NCBI GenBank assembly: GCA_009693165.1
Contig: SHXX01000004.1
Coordinates: 1,829 to 65,828 of the forward strand
DNA length: 64,000 nucleotides
Source: Chloroflexota bacterium
Lineage (GTDB): Bacteria > Chloroflexota > UBA11872 > UBA12225
Reading direction: 5' to 3'
The stretch's first letter is position 1. Each line of letters begins with the position of its first letter. Under the pieces are notes generated by a model. That model ran no database searches. It was not told the DNA's origin and saw only the letters and a list, made by a program, of their open reading frames with translations. The position numbers and the translations under genes are program-made. Positions 39,438 to 49,982 of this stretch are shown here, piece after piece.

Positions 39438-42400
39438 TCACCTGAACTCGACCCGGTAGAGATGCACGGTCGAATCCTCATCTGATGCGTTCAGCTGGTT
39501 GATTTCTAGCCGCACCCGTACGACATCCTGTGCTGGTGCGTCCAGATTGATCTCCACAACCGAGTTTCCTCCGTCTGGTACGCCTTCACCCGATTTTCTG
39601 ACCTCTGCCGATCCGTCTCTTGGGAAAACCTGCGCCGTTACTCGCCACAGGCTCGCACCTACTGTCAGGCGGATTGTCCGTACTGGTCGAGGGTTTCCAA
39701 AGGCAACGTCAAGCACAGCTGGGTTTGGGCCTGCGAGTCTCGCCAGTGCACCTGGGCTAATGGCAAACACAGGCGCAATCGCCCCGTCGTCCAGGTTTGT
39801 ATAGCCGACTATGGCGCGCTGCCCGTCAATCGCGACAGTGACGAAGCTCAGTTTTCTCCTCGCCTCACGTTCGGCGGCGAGCATTGCGCGAACGTCAGGG
39901 GCTTCGCGTAGCCGGACCATGAGAAACCCCGGAGTTCCGTCCGGGTGCAGCACCTTCGCAGTCACCTGGTCAGAAATAATGCGGGGTCTTCCGGTCGCTC
40001 CACCGGGGTTTGCGATGTACGCGTCAAGGGCTTCCAGTTGCGCCGGCGACATCACCGCCCATAGGTCCGGGCCCCATGGTTCTTGTCCGTGGATCAGCGT
40101 GTCGAGGCTGCCGAGGAAGACGCGACCTGTGGCGCGGTTCTCCTTACTTACGAAGAAGTTGATGAAGTGATGCCCGCCCCAATTCCAGTCGGTCGTCACC
40201 ATCACGCGTGACCCAGGGAATGATTCCAGCTGGTCATTCACCATCTTGAACACATACTGGCTCCCCCACTGGATGCCGTACCCGCCATAGTCCTGCCGTC
40301 TCGTGGACTGTGTTGTGAGCGCTTCCTGGAGGACCATGTATGACCCGGTTGTTGCCACGGCGATGACCATCAAGGCACCTACGAGACGTGTGCGCCGTAG
40401 CGCCCGCGGAAAAATATCCAAGCCAACGACAGCGAGGATCGTCACCGGGACTACGACCCCAAGCGATCTGGTGGGTGCGAAGCGCGCGACGATGGCTGGC
40501 GATAGGGTCACCGCAAGGATGGCGCAGATCTGCCAGCGGTAGGCGCGAAACCTCGGCAGGGCGAGGCATGCGATCCCGGCAATGATGAATGGCGCAAGCC
40601 ACAGGGGAAGAAGGGGCATCGTCCCCGGGTAGTAGTTGTGGTAGCCAGTGACATCAACATACTTTGTTCTCTCCATCCCTGAGAACCAGACTCGGGGATC
40701 GAGTGCGATCAGGAATGAGCGCACCATCAGAAGCCCTACATCGATGATTGCGGGTGCGTTCGATGCCCAATAGGGATGAGCGGAATTGGTCCGAGATGCG
40801 AAGTAGCCTGGGTTCTTGGTCAAAAAGATCAGAAGCGGCAGAAGCGCGACGATTGCACCTATGGAAGGATTTCTCCACCGGCCCAGGTGGCGACGATGAT
40901 ATCCAAAATCAATCACAATAAAACTGATAATACTTGCGAAAATAATAATATGAGCGATAGAATTGGAGTAGAATGTCAGTGCGCCGAACAGTACGATTAT
41001 CCAGGCAAATCTTGGATGTTCGTAGCGGTACACGAAGTACGCGCAGATGAAGCACGCGTAAAAGGCCACCCAGGTCGCACTGTCGTACGCTGACCGGGAC
41101 AGGTGAAACCACATCGGAAGGGCGGCGACGACAAGTGGCGCGAGCCACCAAGCACGATTCCTCAGCGCGATTTTTAGAGTAAGGGCAATGGCTATCGGTG
41201 TTGGGGCCGACAGCAATACTGCAGTTGCCCTCGCAACCGTGACCGATACCCCGAACAGTGATGATGTGACGAGGTGCATATACACACCCACATCCGGGTT
41301 CCAGTTCGGGTACGGAAAGAAGATCGGGAACAGAATACCGAAGCCGTCGCGGAAACGAGCGTCGAGGAGATCCCGCGAAAGTGCGACTATCCCGGCTTCG
41401 TCGCCGTCAAAGGCGATTGGGTACACATCAATTCGCCAAAGGCGAGTTACGGCATAGACCACCATTCCGAACCAGAACCCGGCCCAAGCAAGGCGAGGCC
41501 CACCGATGGGTGAGCTTTGGATCATGGAATCGACGCGGGCGATCGCTGCGACAAAGGGACGTAGGACAAGAATCAACTCTGGATCCGAGGCCGAGACCAC
41601 TCCATCTGTCGGCTCATTCTGAGCGAAATCAAGAAGATTCGAGTCCGCGTGCTGAGGTGCTAGATCTGTCCTAGACGATGAACCCCACCCGATTGCAACG
41701 TCAACGGCGACGTCGGATTCAGGATGACCATCCAGGCCAGGCGCGTCGAGCGTGGCCGGCCTTCTGCCGATGTATGAAGCGAACGACGCCGGCGGATTGT
41801 TGGACTTGGGGGTCGAACCCGCGAAAACGTGGACCTTGATGAGCGCGTGGGCACGCCAGGCCGGCGGTTGAGCGACCTCTGATCCTTCGTCGATGCGAAA
41901 AAAGATTGACAACGTCCACACGTTGTCTTCACCGTCGCGATCTCGCGAAACTATCCAGCCAGTGTCGTGAATGACAGCGACGTGATGAATGTGAGACGTC
42001 TTGGAACGTCTTTCCCCTGAACGGGATGACCACCCGTGAGCGCCCCCTTCACCATCGTGCACGAACGCGACCGGTGTGGGGTCCAAGGCATCAACCGTCG
42101 TCGTCACCATCGATACTTTGGCGTCATCAACGGCACCAATTCGCCAATCCCGTATGAGACGAAATGCCTCCTGAGTGCTCCCCTCGATTGACCAGTGAAT
42201 CGATTCGGCGGGAGGTGGTTCAAGATTGACTTGAAAGCAGAAATGGGACCTGATGGTCCGCTGCACACGCAATTGATTGGTTGCTGACGGCCGAAGATTT
42301 GCATTGAGCGTCCCACCGATCCTGACGCGCGGGACGGGCGTGTTTCGGCTTTCTGCTGCCTGTCGTGTCGAGGTACTCGCTTGGTGGTCTCGGGAAACTT

Positions 42401-42596
42401 CCCACTGCCCAAATGGACCATCAACGGCTATGGTGTCCCAAGTCGGGCCCGAACTTTTCCCCGCGGGCACCAGGTCTTCGGGACCAGCGTTGACATCAAG
42501 TCGGCAAACAGGCCCCCCCCAAGCGTGCGTGACACCAGACAACGCACTACCCTCAAGTTGGTTCCCGTCATATCGGTCAGGGTCGGAATTGCTCAT
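39438..42596 (-). CDS. GT-C fold (PMT/ArnT-like) membrane glycosyltransferase with long unknown N-terminal region and C-terminal beta-sandwich
   Basis: RLW..YPIAFDGDEA acidic loop after TM1, LFGVSVTVARA, WFHLSR, ~11-13 hydrophobic segments, DYGGYGIQWG. Confidence 0.75.
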   Translation of the reverse strand: MSNSDPDRYDGNQLEGSALSGVTHAWGGPVCRLDVNAGPEDLVPAGKSSGPTWDTIAVDGPFGQWEVSRDHQASTSTRQAAESRNTPVPRVRIGGTLNANLRPSATNQLRVQRTIRSHFCFQVNLEPPPAESIHWSIEGSTQEAFRLIRDWRIGAVDDAKVSMVTTTVDALDPTPVAFVHDGEGGAHGWSSRSGERRSKTSHIHHVAVIHDTGWIVSRDRDGEDNVWTLSIFFRIDEGSEVAQPPAWRAHALIKVHVFAGSTPKSNNPPASFASYIGRRPATLDAPGLDGHPESDVAVDVAIGWGSSSRTDLAPQHADSNLLDFAQNEPTDGVVSASDPELILVLRPFVAAIARVDSMIQSSPIGGPRLAWAGFWFGMVVYAVTRLWRIDVYPIAFDGDEAGIVALSRDLLDARFRDGFGILFPIFFPYPNWNPDVGVYMHLVTSSLFGVSVTVARATAVLLSAPTPIAIALTLKIALRNRAWWLAPLVVAALPMWFHLSRSAYDSATWVAFYACFICAYFVYRYEHPRFAWIIVLFGALTFYSNSIAHIIIFASIISFIVIDFGYHRRHLGRWRNPSIGAIVALLPLLIFLTKNPGYFASRTNSAHPYWASNAPAIIDVGLLMVRSFLIALDPRVWFSGMERTKYVDVTGYHNYYPGTMPLLPLWLAPFIIAGIACLALPRFRAYRWQICAILAVTLSPAIVARFAPTRSLGVVVPVTILAVVGLDIFPRALRRTRLVGALMVIAVATTGSYMVLQEALTTQSTRRQDYGGYGIQWGSQYVFKMVNDQLESFPGSRVMVTTDWNWGGHHFINFFVSKENRATGRVFLGSLDTLIHGQEPWGPDLWAVMSPAQLEALDAYIANPGGATGRPRIISDQVTAKVLHPDGTPGFLMVRLREAPDVRAMLAAEREARRKLSFVTVAIDGQRAIVGYTNLDDGAIAPVFAISPGALARLAGPNPAVLDVAFGNPRPVRTIRLTVGASLWRVTAQVFPRDGSAEVRKSGEGVPDGGNSVVEINLDAPAQDVVRVRLEINQLNASDEDSTVHLYRVEFR

Positions 42597-45500
42597 GAAA
42601 CAATGACGTCACGCAAGTGCACGATGGATTCCTGGCCGGCTCCCCGCTGCAGAATCTCGAGACGAACCGCGGCGATTTTGCCGGGATTGAGGTCGAACTC
42701 GATCGTGGGATCGACCCGGCTCTCCACGGTCTTGAGATAAACGGTTTCGGCTCCCATGTCAGAGTACGTCTTGACGACTAGATCCCAGTTACCTGCCGAG
42801 AGCACAATTGTGAGGCGGCTCGTATCCTTGGGTTGCGGATATGCGAACTCGAGAATTGCAGGATTTCCACCGTTGAACCGCCCAAGGGTCCTCGTATCGC
42901 CGTCAAAGATATCCCCAAGTGCTCCCGCGTCGATGAGGGTGTGGCGAACTTCAAGACGCTGGCCCTTCACGACCACCTGCCCGTTGCGCAATGCAATTCG
43001 GGCGGCCCGCTCTTCCTGGACTATGCGGTCAAAGTCTGCGGAATACGCAAGCCGAACGAACGAGAAGGCTTCACTACCATCCGGGTAATGCATCGTCGAA
43101 TCGGTCAGGATTTGCCCAAACCGTCGTGAGGTCCGCGCCAGCTGAACCTCGTCCGCCGTCATCACGAAGACCATGTGTTCGTCAAGTGGTCGCCTTGCGC
43201 CGAGGAAATCGCGGACGTTTGCCATGAGCACGCGGCCCTCGGATTGCAAGGAAGGCACGAAGAATGGCAGATACAGGTCCGTGCCATTTGCCCAGGTCGA
43301 TGAGATGAGGAACTTGTCCTGGGGTGTCTTTCGTGCACGCGTGACGACTTCCCGGAATACCTGGACCGCGCCCCATTGTTGACCATAGAGACCGTAGTCG
43401 GTCAACCATGTCGGCCCATTTGAAAATGAATCGACCATCATGCTTGCCGAGAGAACGGCACCCACTCCGAAAAGGGCCAACGCATGCCAACCAGGTCGGG
43501 CCAATCCGGCGATCAACCCGGGTGCAGTCAAGAATTGGACCCATTGATTTAGATTCCGCAGGCACCCAATACGTCCTGCCGCGAAATCAGAAGACGGAAA
43601 CGCAATGAACCATTCAAGTCCCACAACCGCAAGCAGCGTCGCGGGCACAATCACCGCGAGGACGCGGGTAATGCCGACGTCGGTCAGGCTTGCACCGATT
43701 GGCGCCGTGATCAGTGCGATGAGGAGGACCCGGTACACGGGTACCTGAATTCGAGCTACCGAAACGAAAATCCCGATCACGATGAACGGGGCGAAAAGTT
43801 GTGGGAGGTGGGTGTACCCGATCATGAGGTGTCGACCGAGGTCCAGCTGGGTTGGCCGGAACCAATAAGACGGAGCGAGCCCCCCCCAATAGTGGAGTGC
43901 AAACTGACGGACCTTTTCTGCCAGTGGGATATCCAGGACCAAGTAGGACGACACTCGCCAAAGTTGGTCTCCAGTGGCATCTGGAGCTGCCCGCTGGAAC
44001 ATAATGTAGGGAACCAGGCAAACGACGCCTACCGCGAGGAACGGGACCAGCTGGCGCCGTTTCGTCCAGTGGTAAGGCAGGTCGGTGACCGCAAGAAACA
44101 CACCGGCAAGTCCAATGATCAGTTGACCGTTCGTGTACGTGTAAAAAGTGAATGCAGTGGCTAGAGCCGCGCCATAACCGGCACCCGGATGGCCCTCGCG
44201 GTACTTGACGTAACACAAAAGGAAGACCGCGAACCCAGAGACTGCGTAGACCGTCTCAAACGTGGTTCGACTATGCAGGAACCAGGAAGGGACGATAGTG
44301 AACCAGAGTGGAACTGCCCACCACGTTCTTGCGCGAATTCCATCCCGGGCGAGTAGCGTGGCTGCCCCGACCCCAAAGATTGAAAACACGGCGGCGGTAC
44401 CTCGCGCAGTCTCAACCGACGTACCGAAAAGTGATGTTGAAACGATGTGGAAGTACACCGGAAGCAAAGGCGCCCATGATCCTCCATTAGAGAAGTAAAG
44501 CGGGAAAAGAACATTCAACTCATTACGGAATCCGGAAGCGATGAGGCGCTGTCCCGCAACGATCTGATACGCCTCATCCCCGTGGAAGTAGATTGGAAAC
44601 CCTGAGAGGTTTATGAGACGGCTCGTGGCGTAAATAACCATCGCTGCAACTGCTGCGACCGTCGCCAGAGTGACCCTTGTTCCGCGAACTCGGTTGAACA
44701 ACGATTGGGGTGACAACGATTGCTTTTCGGCCGAGGGTTGGGAACTAACCCGACCCTCGAAAGCGCCTTCATCAATCCGAGGCGCATGTGTGGAAACTTC
44801 CGTATCGTCAAGCGGAGTTTGTGGCGCCGAGCGATCTCCGGCCTGGCCTGGCCGTGATGTGGAATCGGCTTGATTGATTTCTACGTAGTTGTTGGGATCT
44901 AATGGGTTTCCTGCGTTACCAATGAGCGAGATTTGTGAAACGATGGCCCATTCATACGTAGTTGAGCCGTGGCTGTCCTCTTGGCCTGCCTCCTCGGTTA
45001 GCAAATAAACCGAAGTCGTTGTTCCGGTGCCGTCCTGTTGACCGCGCGTCATCGCGAGCGCTAGTCGCCCTACCTGGATTGCTGTCGCCCGCCTCGAAGT
45101 GACTGATATTCCGTGGGCGTTGGGGTTACCGGTAACGAAGGTCAGCCCAATGGAAACAAGAGCATCCTGCCCGTACGCGACGCTGATGGTCTCCCCACCA
45201 TCTATTGCGACGTGAAGGGTGGGATGTCGGTCGGACCACGCTTGCGAGATGGAGTTCCAGTCGCGCCGTTTGCCAGCCTCTTCATAGGCACGGACGTGAA
45301 GAACTGGTGCATTTTCGGAACCGATTGATGCCACCTGAGCCTTGTGTTCAAGCGCAGGTCCCACCGAAAAGTCGGTCAAGATATTGGGTGCTTCGTCAGG
45401 ATCAACTCGGACCTGTGCGAGCGGTTCCCAGGACGCTCCGACGCAAATGACGGCAAACAGTTCGATACGCCCGCGTGCGTCCTTGCCAATGACCCACCCG

Positions 45501-45697
45501 AAGTCGCCATTCTGCACGACGATTGGAATGGCCCCTGTTGCATCAAACGGGATGGTGGTGGAAAACGGGGTCGATGTCTCCAGTGCCTCGTTGGCGCCCG
45601 GATGCTTCACGATGACCGATGCGCCGGGCCAATCGGTCGAGAGGTCGACGCCTCCGCCTTGTCTGTGGCCCGAATGCTCCTGAAGCCCTTGTGTCAT
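42593..45697 (-). CDS. GT-C fold (PMT/ArnT-like) membrane glycosyltransferase, tandem paralog of 39438-42596
   Basis: RLI..FPIYFHGDEA, LFGTSVETARG, WFLHSRTTFE, DYGLYGQQWG, IFDGD..T discoidin-like C-terminus. Confidence 0.78.
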   Translation of the reverse strand: MTQGLQEHSGHRQGGGVDLSTDWPGASVIVKHPGANEALETSTPFSTTIPFDATGAIPIVVQNGDFGWVIGKDARGRIELFAVICVGASWEPLAQVRVDPDEAPNILTDFSVGPALEHKAQVASIGSENAPVLHVRAYEEAGKRRDWNSISQAWSDRHPTLHVAIDGGETISVAYGQDALVSIGLTFVTGNPNAHGISVTSRRATAIQVGRLALAMTRGQQDGTGTTTSVYLLTEEAGQEDSHGSTTYEWAIVSQISLIGNAGNPLDPNNYVEINQADSTSRPGQAGDRSAPQTPLDDTEVSTHAPRIDEGAFEGRVSSQPSAEKQSLSPQSLFNRVRGTRVTLATVAAVAAMVIYATSRLINLSGFPIYFHGDEAYQIVAGQRLIASGFRNELNVLFPLYFSNGGSWAPLLPVYFHIVSTSLFGTSVETARGTAAVFSIFGVGAATLLARDGIRARTWWAVPLWFTIVPSWFLHSRTTFETVYAVSGFAVFLLCYVKYREGHPGAGYGAALATAFTFYTYTNGQLIIGLAGVFLAVTDLPYHWTKRRQLVPFLAVGVVCLVPYIMFQRAAPDATGDQLWRVSSYLVLDIPLAEKVRQFALHYWGGLAPSYWFRPTQLDLGRHLMIGYTHLPQLFAPFIVIGIFVSVARIQVPVYRVLLIALITAPIGASLTDVGITRVLAVIVPATLLAVVGLEWFIAFPSSDFAAGRIGCLRNLNQWVQFLTAPGLIAGLARPGWHALALFGVGAVLSASMMVDSFSNGPTWLTDYGLYGQQWGAVQVFREVVTRARKTPQDKFLISSTWANGTDLYLPFFVPSLQSEGRVLMANVRDFLGARRPLDEHMVFVMTADEVQLARTSRRFGQILTDSTMHYPDGSEAFSFVRLAYSADFDRIVQEERAARIALRNGQVVVKGQRLEVRHTLIDAGALGDIFDGDTRTLGRFNGGNPAILEFAYPQPKDTSRLTIVLSAGNWDLVVKTYSDMGAETVYLKTVESRVDPTIEFDLNPGKIAAVRLEILQRGAGQESIVHLRDVIVS

Positions 45698-45859
45698 TTC
45701 CTCAACAGTGTCCCAAAATGACCGATGACCTGCACCGAGAAGTGATTGGCGTTACTCCCCGCCCGTTCAGGGTCTTGAGACGTGCCGTAGTACTTGTGAC
45801 GGGGCGTGACTTTTTTTTAACGCTGGACGATACCGTCAAGGGCAAAAGCTTCGGGTTCG

Positions 45860-46633
45860 ATGAACAGTGACCGTAGTGCGCCACCGGGTTCAGGTACAGG
45901 CAATGATTCGTCACGCCCCCTGTTAACCGTTGGGATGCCTGCGTACAACGAAGCCACCCAGATCGCCTTTTCGGTGAGTGCAGTCCGAGTTGCACTGGAG
46001 GCGCTTGGGGTTGCATGGGAACTTGTTGTCGTCGATGACGGAAGTTCGGATGGGACTGACCGTGAATTGGCTGCAGCCACTATTGGCGATGATCGCATCC
46101 GGGTGATCCGCCTTCCCCGAAATCGAGGGGTCGGATCTGCGATTGCGACAGCCATCGGGTCTGCCTCCGGTGAATGGTTCATGGTGATCCCCGCGGATCT
46201 TGCGATGGATCTTCGAGACGTCCGACGTTACCTCGACGCTGTCCGGCCGGGTGTTGCTGCCGTCGCCGGATATACCGCGACCCGCGGCGACTACTCACCG
46301 TGGCGTGAATTCATATCACTGGTGAACCAGTGGGCTGTTCGCCACCTTGTTGGAATAGGTGTGCGAAATCCAAACTACATCCACATGTACCGCCGTGATG
46401 CCGTGTGCCGGGATACCCTGACGTGCACGGGGAGCCCGGCCCTCTTTGCGGAACTCTTGGGCCTCTGCACACGGATTGGCAACGTTGTCGAGATTCCCGT
46501 CCGTTATGTGCCGCGAACGAATGGTCGTGCGACCGGTGCACATTGGCTGAGCATTCTCAGCACGGCGCGTGACCTTGTTCGCCTTGCGCTGTTGCGACGA
46601 TTCGGATCGGAGGAGCGACGCGCTCCAAACTAG
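45860..46633 (+). CDS. GT2 glycosyltransferase, DPM1-like
   Basis: [33 protein letters not shown]; DxD reads PAD. Confidence 0.85.
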   Translation: MNSDRSAPPGSGTGNDSSRPLLTVGMPAYNEATQIAFSVSAVRVALEALGVAWELVVVDDGSSDGTDRELAAATIGDDRIRVIRLPRNRGVGSAIATAIGSASGEWFMVIPADLAMDLRDVRRYLDAVRPGVAAVAGYTATRGDYSPWREFISLVNQWAVRHLVGIGVRNPNYIHMYRRDAVCRDTLTCTGSPALFAELLGLCTRIGNVVEIPVRYVPRTNGRATGAHWLSILSTARDLVRLALLRRFGSEERRAPN

Positions 46634-47274
46634 TCATCAGTGTCCAGAAGCGGTTCATCGTCAGGTGAGAGCATCCGGATGATGCGGGCGGGGTTTCCCG
46701 CGACCACGGCGAACGCGGGTACGTCTTGCGTGACAACCGCGCCCGCTGCAACCACTGACCGCGCGCCTACTTCGACAGCAGGCAGAAGGACGGCGCCGCC
46801 GCCGATCCGGGCCCCCGCCCTGAGAATTGGCCCGACGAGGCGTTGCCCGGCTCCCTCACGTCGCCATAGCATGCGTCGGTCATTCGTCGTGACGACGCCG
46901 GGACCAATGAACACGTCATCCTCCACAACCATGAGTGCGGTGACATACGCACGGGTTTCGATGAGGACCCGGTTGCCAACGGTTGTTCCAAACTCAACCA
47001 CCGCTCCGGTTCCGACCACGCTCTGTGATCCGACCGTTGCATTTTCCCTGATCATGACATGATGACCGGTCTGCACACGGTTACCCAGGACCACACCGCT
47101 ATAGACAATGGTTCCGGATCTAAGATGGCATCCCGTGCCGATGGTGACCGGCCGACGCTCGCCCGATCGTGTCGGGTGACAAATTTCTACACCGGGCTCA
47201 ATGAGCGTGCCCGCGCCAACGATTAGGAGACCGGCGGCAACAAGTTCATCGGGGGCCAAATGAGTGCCAACCAC
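46630..47274 (-). CDS. Hexapeptide-repeat (left-handed beta-helix) sugar N/O-acyltransferase, WbpD/WxcM-like
   Basis: [VI]G hexapeptide repeats, [33 protein letters not shown]; GTG 47274 after AAGGT. Confidence 0.85.
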   Translation of the reverse strand: MVGTHLAPDELVAAGLLIVGAGTLIEPGVEICHPTRSGERRPVTIGTGCHLRSGTIVYSGVVLGNRVQTGHHVMIRENATVGSQSVVGTGAVVEFGTTVGNRVLIETRAYVTALMVVEDDVFIGPGVVTTNDRRMLWRREGAGQRLVGPILRAGARIGGGAVLLPAVEVGARSVVAAGAVVTQDVPAFAVVAGNPARIIRMLSPDDEPLLDTDD

Positions 47275-47542
47275 GGCCGTAGACCTTTCCGGACAGCGGA
47301 AAAATTGAATGCGTGCCGGTGCGCAAGTGCCAGTGTGCCACGGAATTCGCCTGCGCGACGCGGTACCCTTCCAATCAAATCCTTCCACTGGGTGCGACCA
47401 TCAAGAGCGGTGGCACCCTCATCTGGTTATGAGACGCCGTGGCTGAGAATGTCCAACGTACCCTGGGGCTCCGAATGACTTGGAAGACTGCATTCGCTCC
47501 GGTGCAAGGTGAGACTTGTCAGGTACTTGGTAGCCGACTGAC

Positions 47543-49894
47543 ATGACTGGCTCTGGCCCATTGACGACACGACGGGAGGTTGGCCGGGGACGCGGACTCT
47601 CGCGTCATTCGTCCTTCAGGCGACTGCTAGGAAACCGTAGCCAAACCCTTGGTACTGCGTGCGTTCTGATTGGATTTGCTTCCGTACTCTACTTTCAGAG
47701 CCAGGCAGATCCGGCAATCTTGGGTAATGGCCTCACGACAATCGCCGGTCTCCTTTTTGGTTGCGCCATGTTTCTGGCAGGGCTTGCCGTGGCTGGTGAT
47801 CGGATACCTGCAAATTGGGTGCATGGCGAGACCCAGGCACCGGCTTTGAGGCCTCAAACCACTCCGAAGACCGTAGGAGAGCTTGCAGCGCGATCTCTTG
47901 GAGCGCGGAACCCGTCCGCTCACTTTGCGCCCCGAAAGGTTTCCCAAAGACTGGCCGCTGTTGCAGCGGCGCTCGGTGCGGCCACATTCGTTCTTAGTGG
48001 GGGCAACAAGTTCACCTCAATCAATGTAACGGTTTGGGTTGCTTCCGTCCTGACTTTCCTTTGGGCCTGTTGGGAGAGAGATCGGAAGGTGACCGTATTT
48101 GAGCGGATTTCTGCTGGTCTTGCCCACCTTTCACTCGAACGCTGGCAGTCTGATCGTCGTACGGGGACCTCGTCGGAAGGGCATCAGGGCGGCGGATGGA
48201 AGCAACCGGAAGGAATCCGCTTGACACCGACGGCACTCCTTGTGATTGCGCTTCTGGTTACGGGCGCGCTCATCCTTTCATGGCGTGTGGCCGAAGTGCC
48301 TCGGGAGATGACCAGCGATCACGCCGAGAAACTTCTAGATGTGCAAGATGTACTTGACGGCCAGTACCGAATTTTCTTTCCGAGGAATACCGGCCGTGAG
48401 GCGATGCAGTTTTATCTCATCGCACTGATGGCCCCCCTTGCTGGAGTGAGTTACCTGACCATGAAGCTCGGGACGGTACTCATTGGCTTCTTCACACTGC
48501 CGTTCACTTTCCTTTTTGTTCGGACAGTGAGTGGTACCGGTGTTGCCCTACTCGCACTGTCGCTCGAGGTGGCAATGCGATGGCTGCTGCAAGTGTCGCG
48601 GGTCGGACTGCGTTTCCCGTTCCCGCCGGCATTCGGAGCGGCCATTGCCTACTTCCTCTTCAACGCGTTGCGTGATCGGCGGCGGAATGACTTCCTTCTA
48701 CTGGGACTAGTAATCGGCATTGCGCAGCACACGTATACCGCACTCCGGTTGGTCCCGATTGGCGTCGCAGTATCGTTGGCAATTGCCTACGTGATTGACC
48801 GCCGTCGTCCGGGCCGGGCCGGGCACGCGTCGAGGCTTCTTGCTGACACCGTTCTGATGGTTGCAACCGCGTTCCTAGTCTTCATGCCCTTGGCGAGGTA
48901 CGCCGCGGAGGAACCCCAAATGTTCCTTTTCCGTGGAATGTCGAGGCTTGCGTCAGACCAGGTGAACGCTGTACCACCGAATGCAGTGTTGGTGTTTCTT
49001 CAGAATATCGTAAACGCACTACTATTTTTCAACTGGAGAGGTGATGCGGTATGGGTCAATACCATTCCTGGTCTACCGATACTCGACACCGTGAGCGGTG
49101 GGCTGTTCGTCCTTGGCGCTGCGTACAGTTTGTACTCGCTGATCCGGCATCGAGATGTTCGTCAACTGCACGTAGGTATCTACCTCTTTATTTCACTGCT
49201 CCCGTCAACCATGAGCATCGCCTATCCTGGTGAGAACCCAAGCACAGTGCGGATGGGGGCGGCGATACCGATTGTGGTGCTCTTGATGGCGACTGCCCTC
49301 CATGCGGTGCTGACAAGGCTTGCGCTTTGGCTGGGCGTTGGAGCGCAGCGGCGCGCAATGCTCGCGGGTCCGCAGGTCACCATCGGATCGCTTCTGAAGC
49401 ATCGGAAGGCGAAGTCAGATATTAGTATTGGCTCTTTACTAATTTTCGTTTTCGCGATTGCGGTGATCGGCTCGATCTGGAAGACCAACCTTGACGCGTA
49501 TTTCACGACATATCCCGCCCAACACACCCTGTCGAGCCAGCATGCAAGCCGTTTTGGTGACGTCATCAAGGGATTTGTGGCATTTGGCGGTCTGCAGGAC
49601 GACGCGTTCATCCTGCCGGGGCCTTACTGGGTCGACTGGCGCCTTGTCGCGATTGAGGCTGGGGACATAAAGTGGCATCCCATCATCGAGAACGTTGCCG
49701 CTGCGCGCACCCACGATGGCCGACCGGGCAAGCGCCTGTACATCGTTCATCCGGACGACCGGACCTCCCTCGACCAGTTGAGGCAGTGGTATCCGCGATC
49801 CACGGTGACCGTGGCTTCCTTTCCGGAAACGATGGGGCAGCCGTTGTTCTTCACCGTCGAGGTCCCACCAGGGTCCGTATCGGTGGCACGCTAA
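47543..49894 (+). CDS. GT-C fold (PMT/ArnT-like) membrane glycosyltransferase
   Basis: Many TM helices; EMTSDHAEKLLD acidic loop, IFFPRNTGRE, VSRVGLRF, ENPSTVR; soluble C-terminal domain. Confidence 0.72.
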   Translation: MTGSGPLTTRREVGRGRGLSRHSSFRRLLGNRSQTLGTACVLIGFASVLYFQSQADPAILGNGLTTIAGLLFGCAMFLAGLAVAGDRIPANWVHGETQAPALRPQTTPKTVGELAARSLGARNPSAHFAPRKVSQRLAAVAAALGAATFVLSGGNKFTSINVTVWVASVLTFLWACWERDRKVTVFERISAGLAHLSLERWQSDRRTGTSSEGHQGGGWKQPEGIRLTPTALLVIALLVTGALILSWRVAEVPREMTSDHAEKLLDVQDVLDGQYRIFFPRNTGREAMQFYLIALMAPLAGVSYLTMKLGTVLIGFFTLPFTFLFVRTVSGTGVALLALSLEVAMRWLLQVSRVGLRFPFPPAFGAAIAYFLFNALRDRRRNDFLLLGLVIGIAQHTYTALRLVPIGVAVSLAIAYVIDRRRPGRAGHASRLLADTVLMVATAFLVFMPLARYAAEEPQMFLFRGMSRLASDQVNAVPPNAVLVFLQNIVNALLFFNWRGDAVWVNTIPGLPILDTVSGGLFVLGAAYSLYSLIRHRDVRQLHVGIYLFISLLPSTMSIAYPGENPSTVRMGAAIPIVVLLMATALHAVLTRLALWLGVGAQRRAMLAGPQVTIGSLLKHRKAKSDISIGSLLIFVFAIAVIGSIWKTNLDAYFTTYPAQHTLSSQHASRFGDVIKGFVAFGGLQDDAFILPGPYWVDWRLVAIEAGDIKWHPIIENVAAARTHDGRPGKRLYIVHPDDRTSLDQLRQWYPRSTVTVASFPETMGQPLFFTVEVPPGSVSVAR

Positions 49895-49982
49895 TGACAT
49901 GCGGCGCATCCTCGTGCGTACGGCGTCGAAACCGGTCAGAATGTGTTCTCCGGACCAAAGCTTCGCGGGCACGGTCCCAACA

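Noticed and set aside
42513-43887. G8 tracts (C8 at 42513-42520 and 43880-43887) in both GT-C paralogs as phase-variation switches
   Set aside because: Both encode Trp-Gly-Gly in frame, and 8-mers of G/C are not unexpected at this GC content; there is no evidence of length variation
45811-45818. T8 tract in the divergent promoter region of the glycosylation locus
   Set aside because: No convincing -35/-10 pair flanks it and no strong hairpin precedes it
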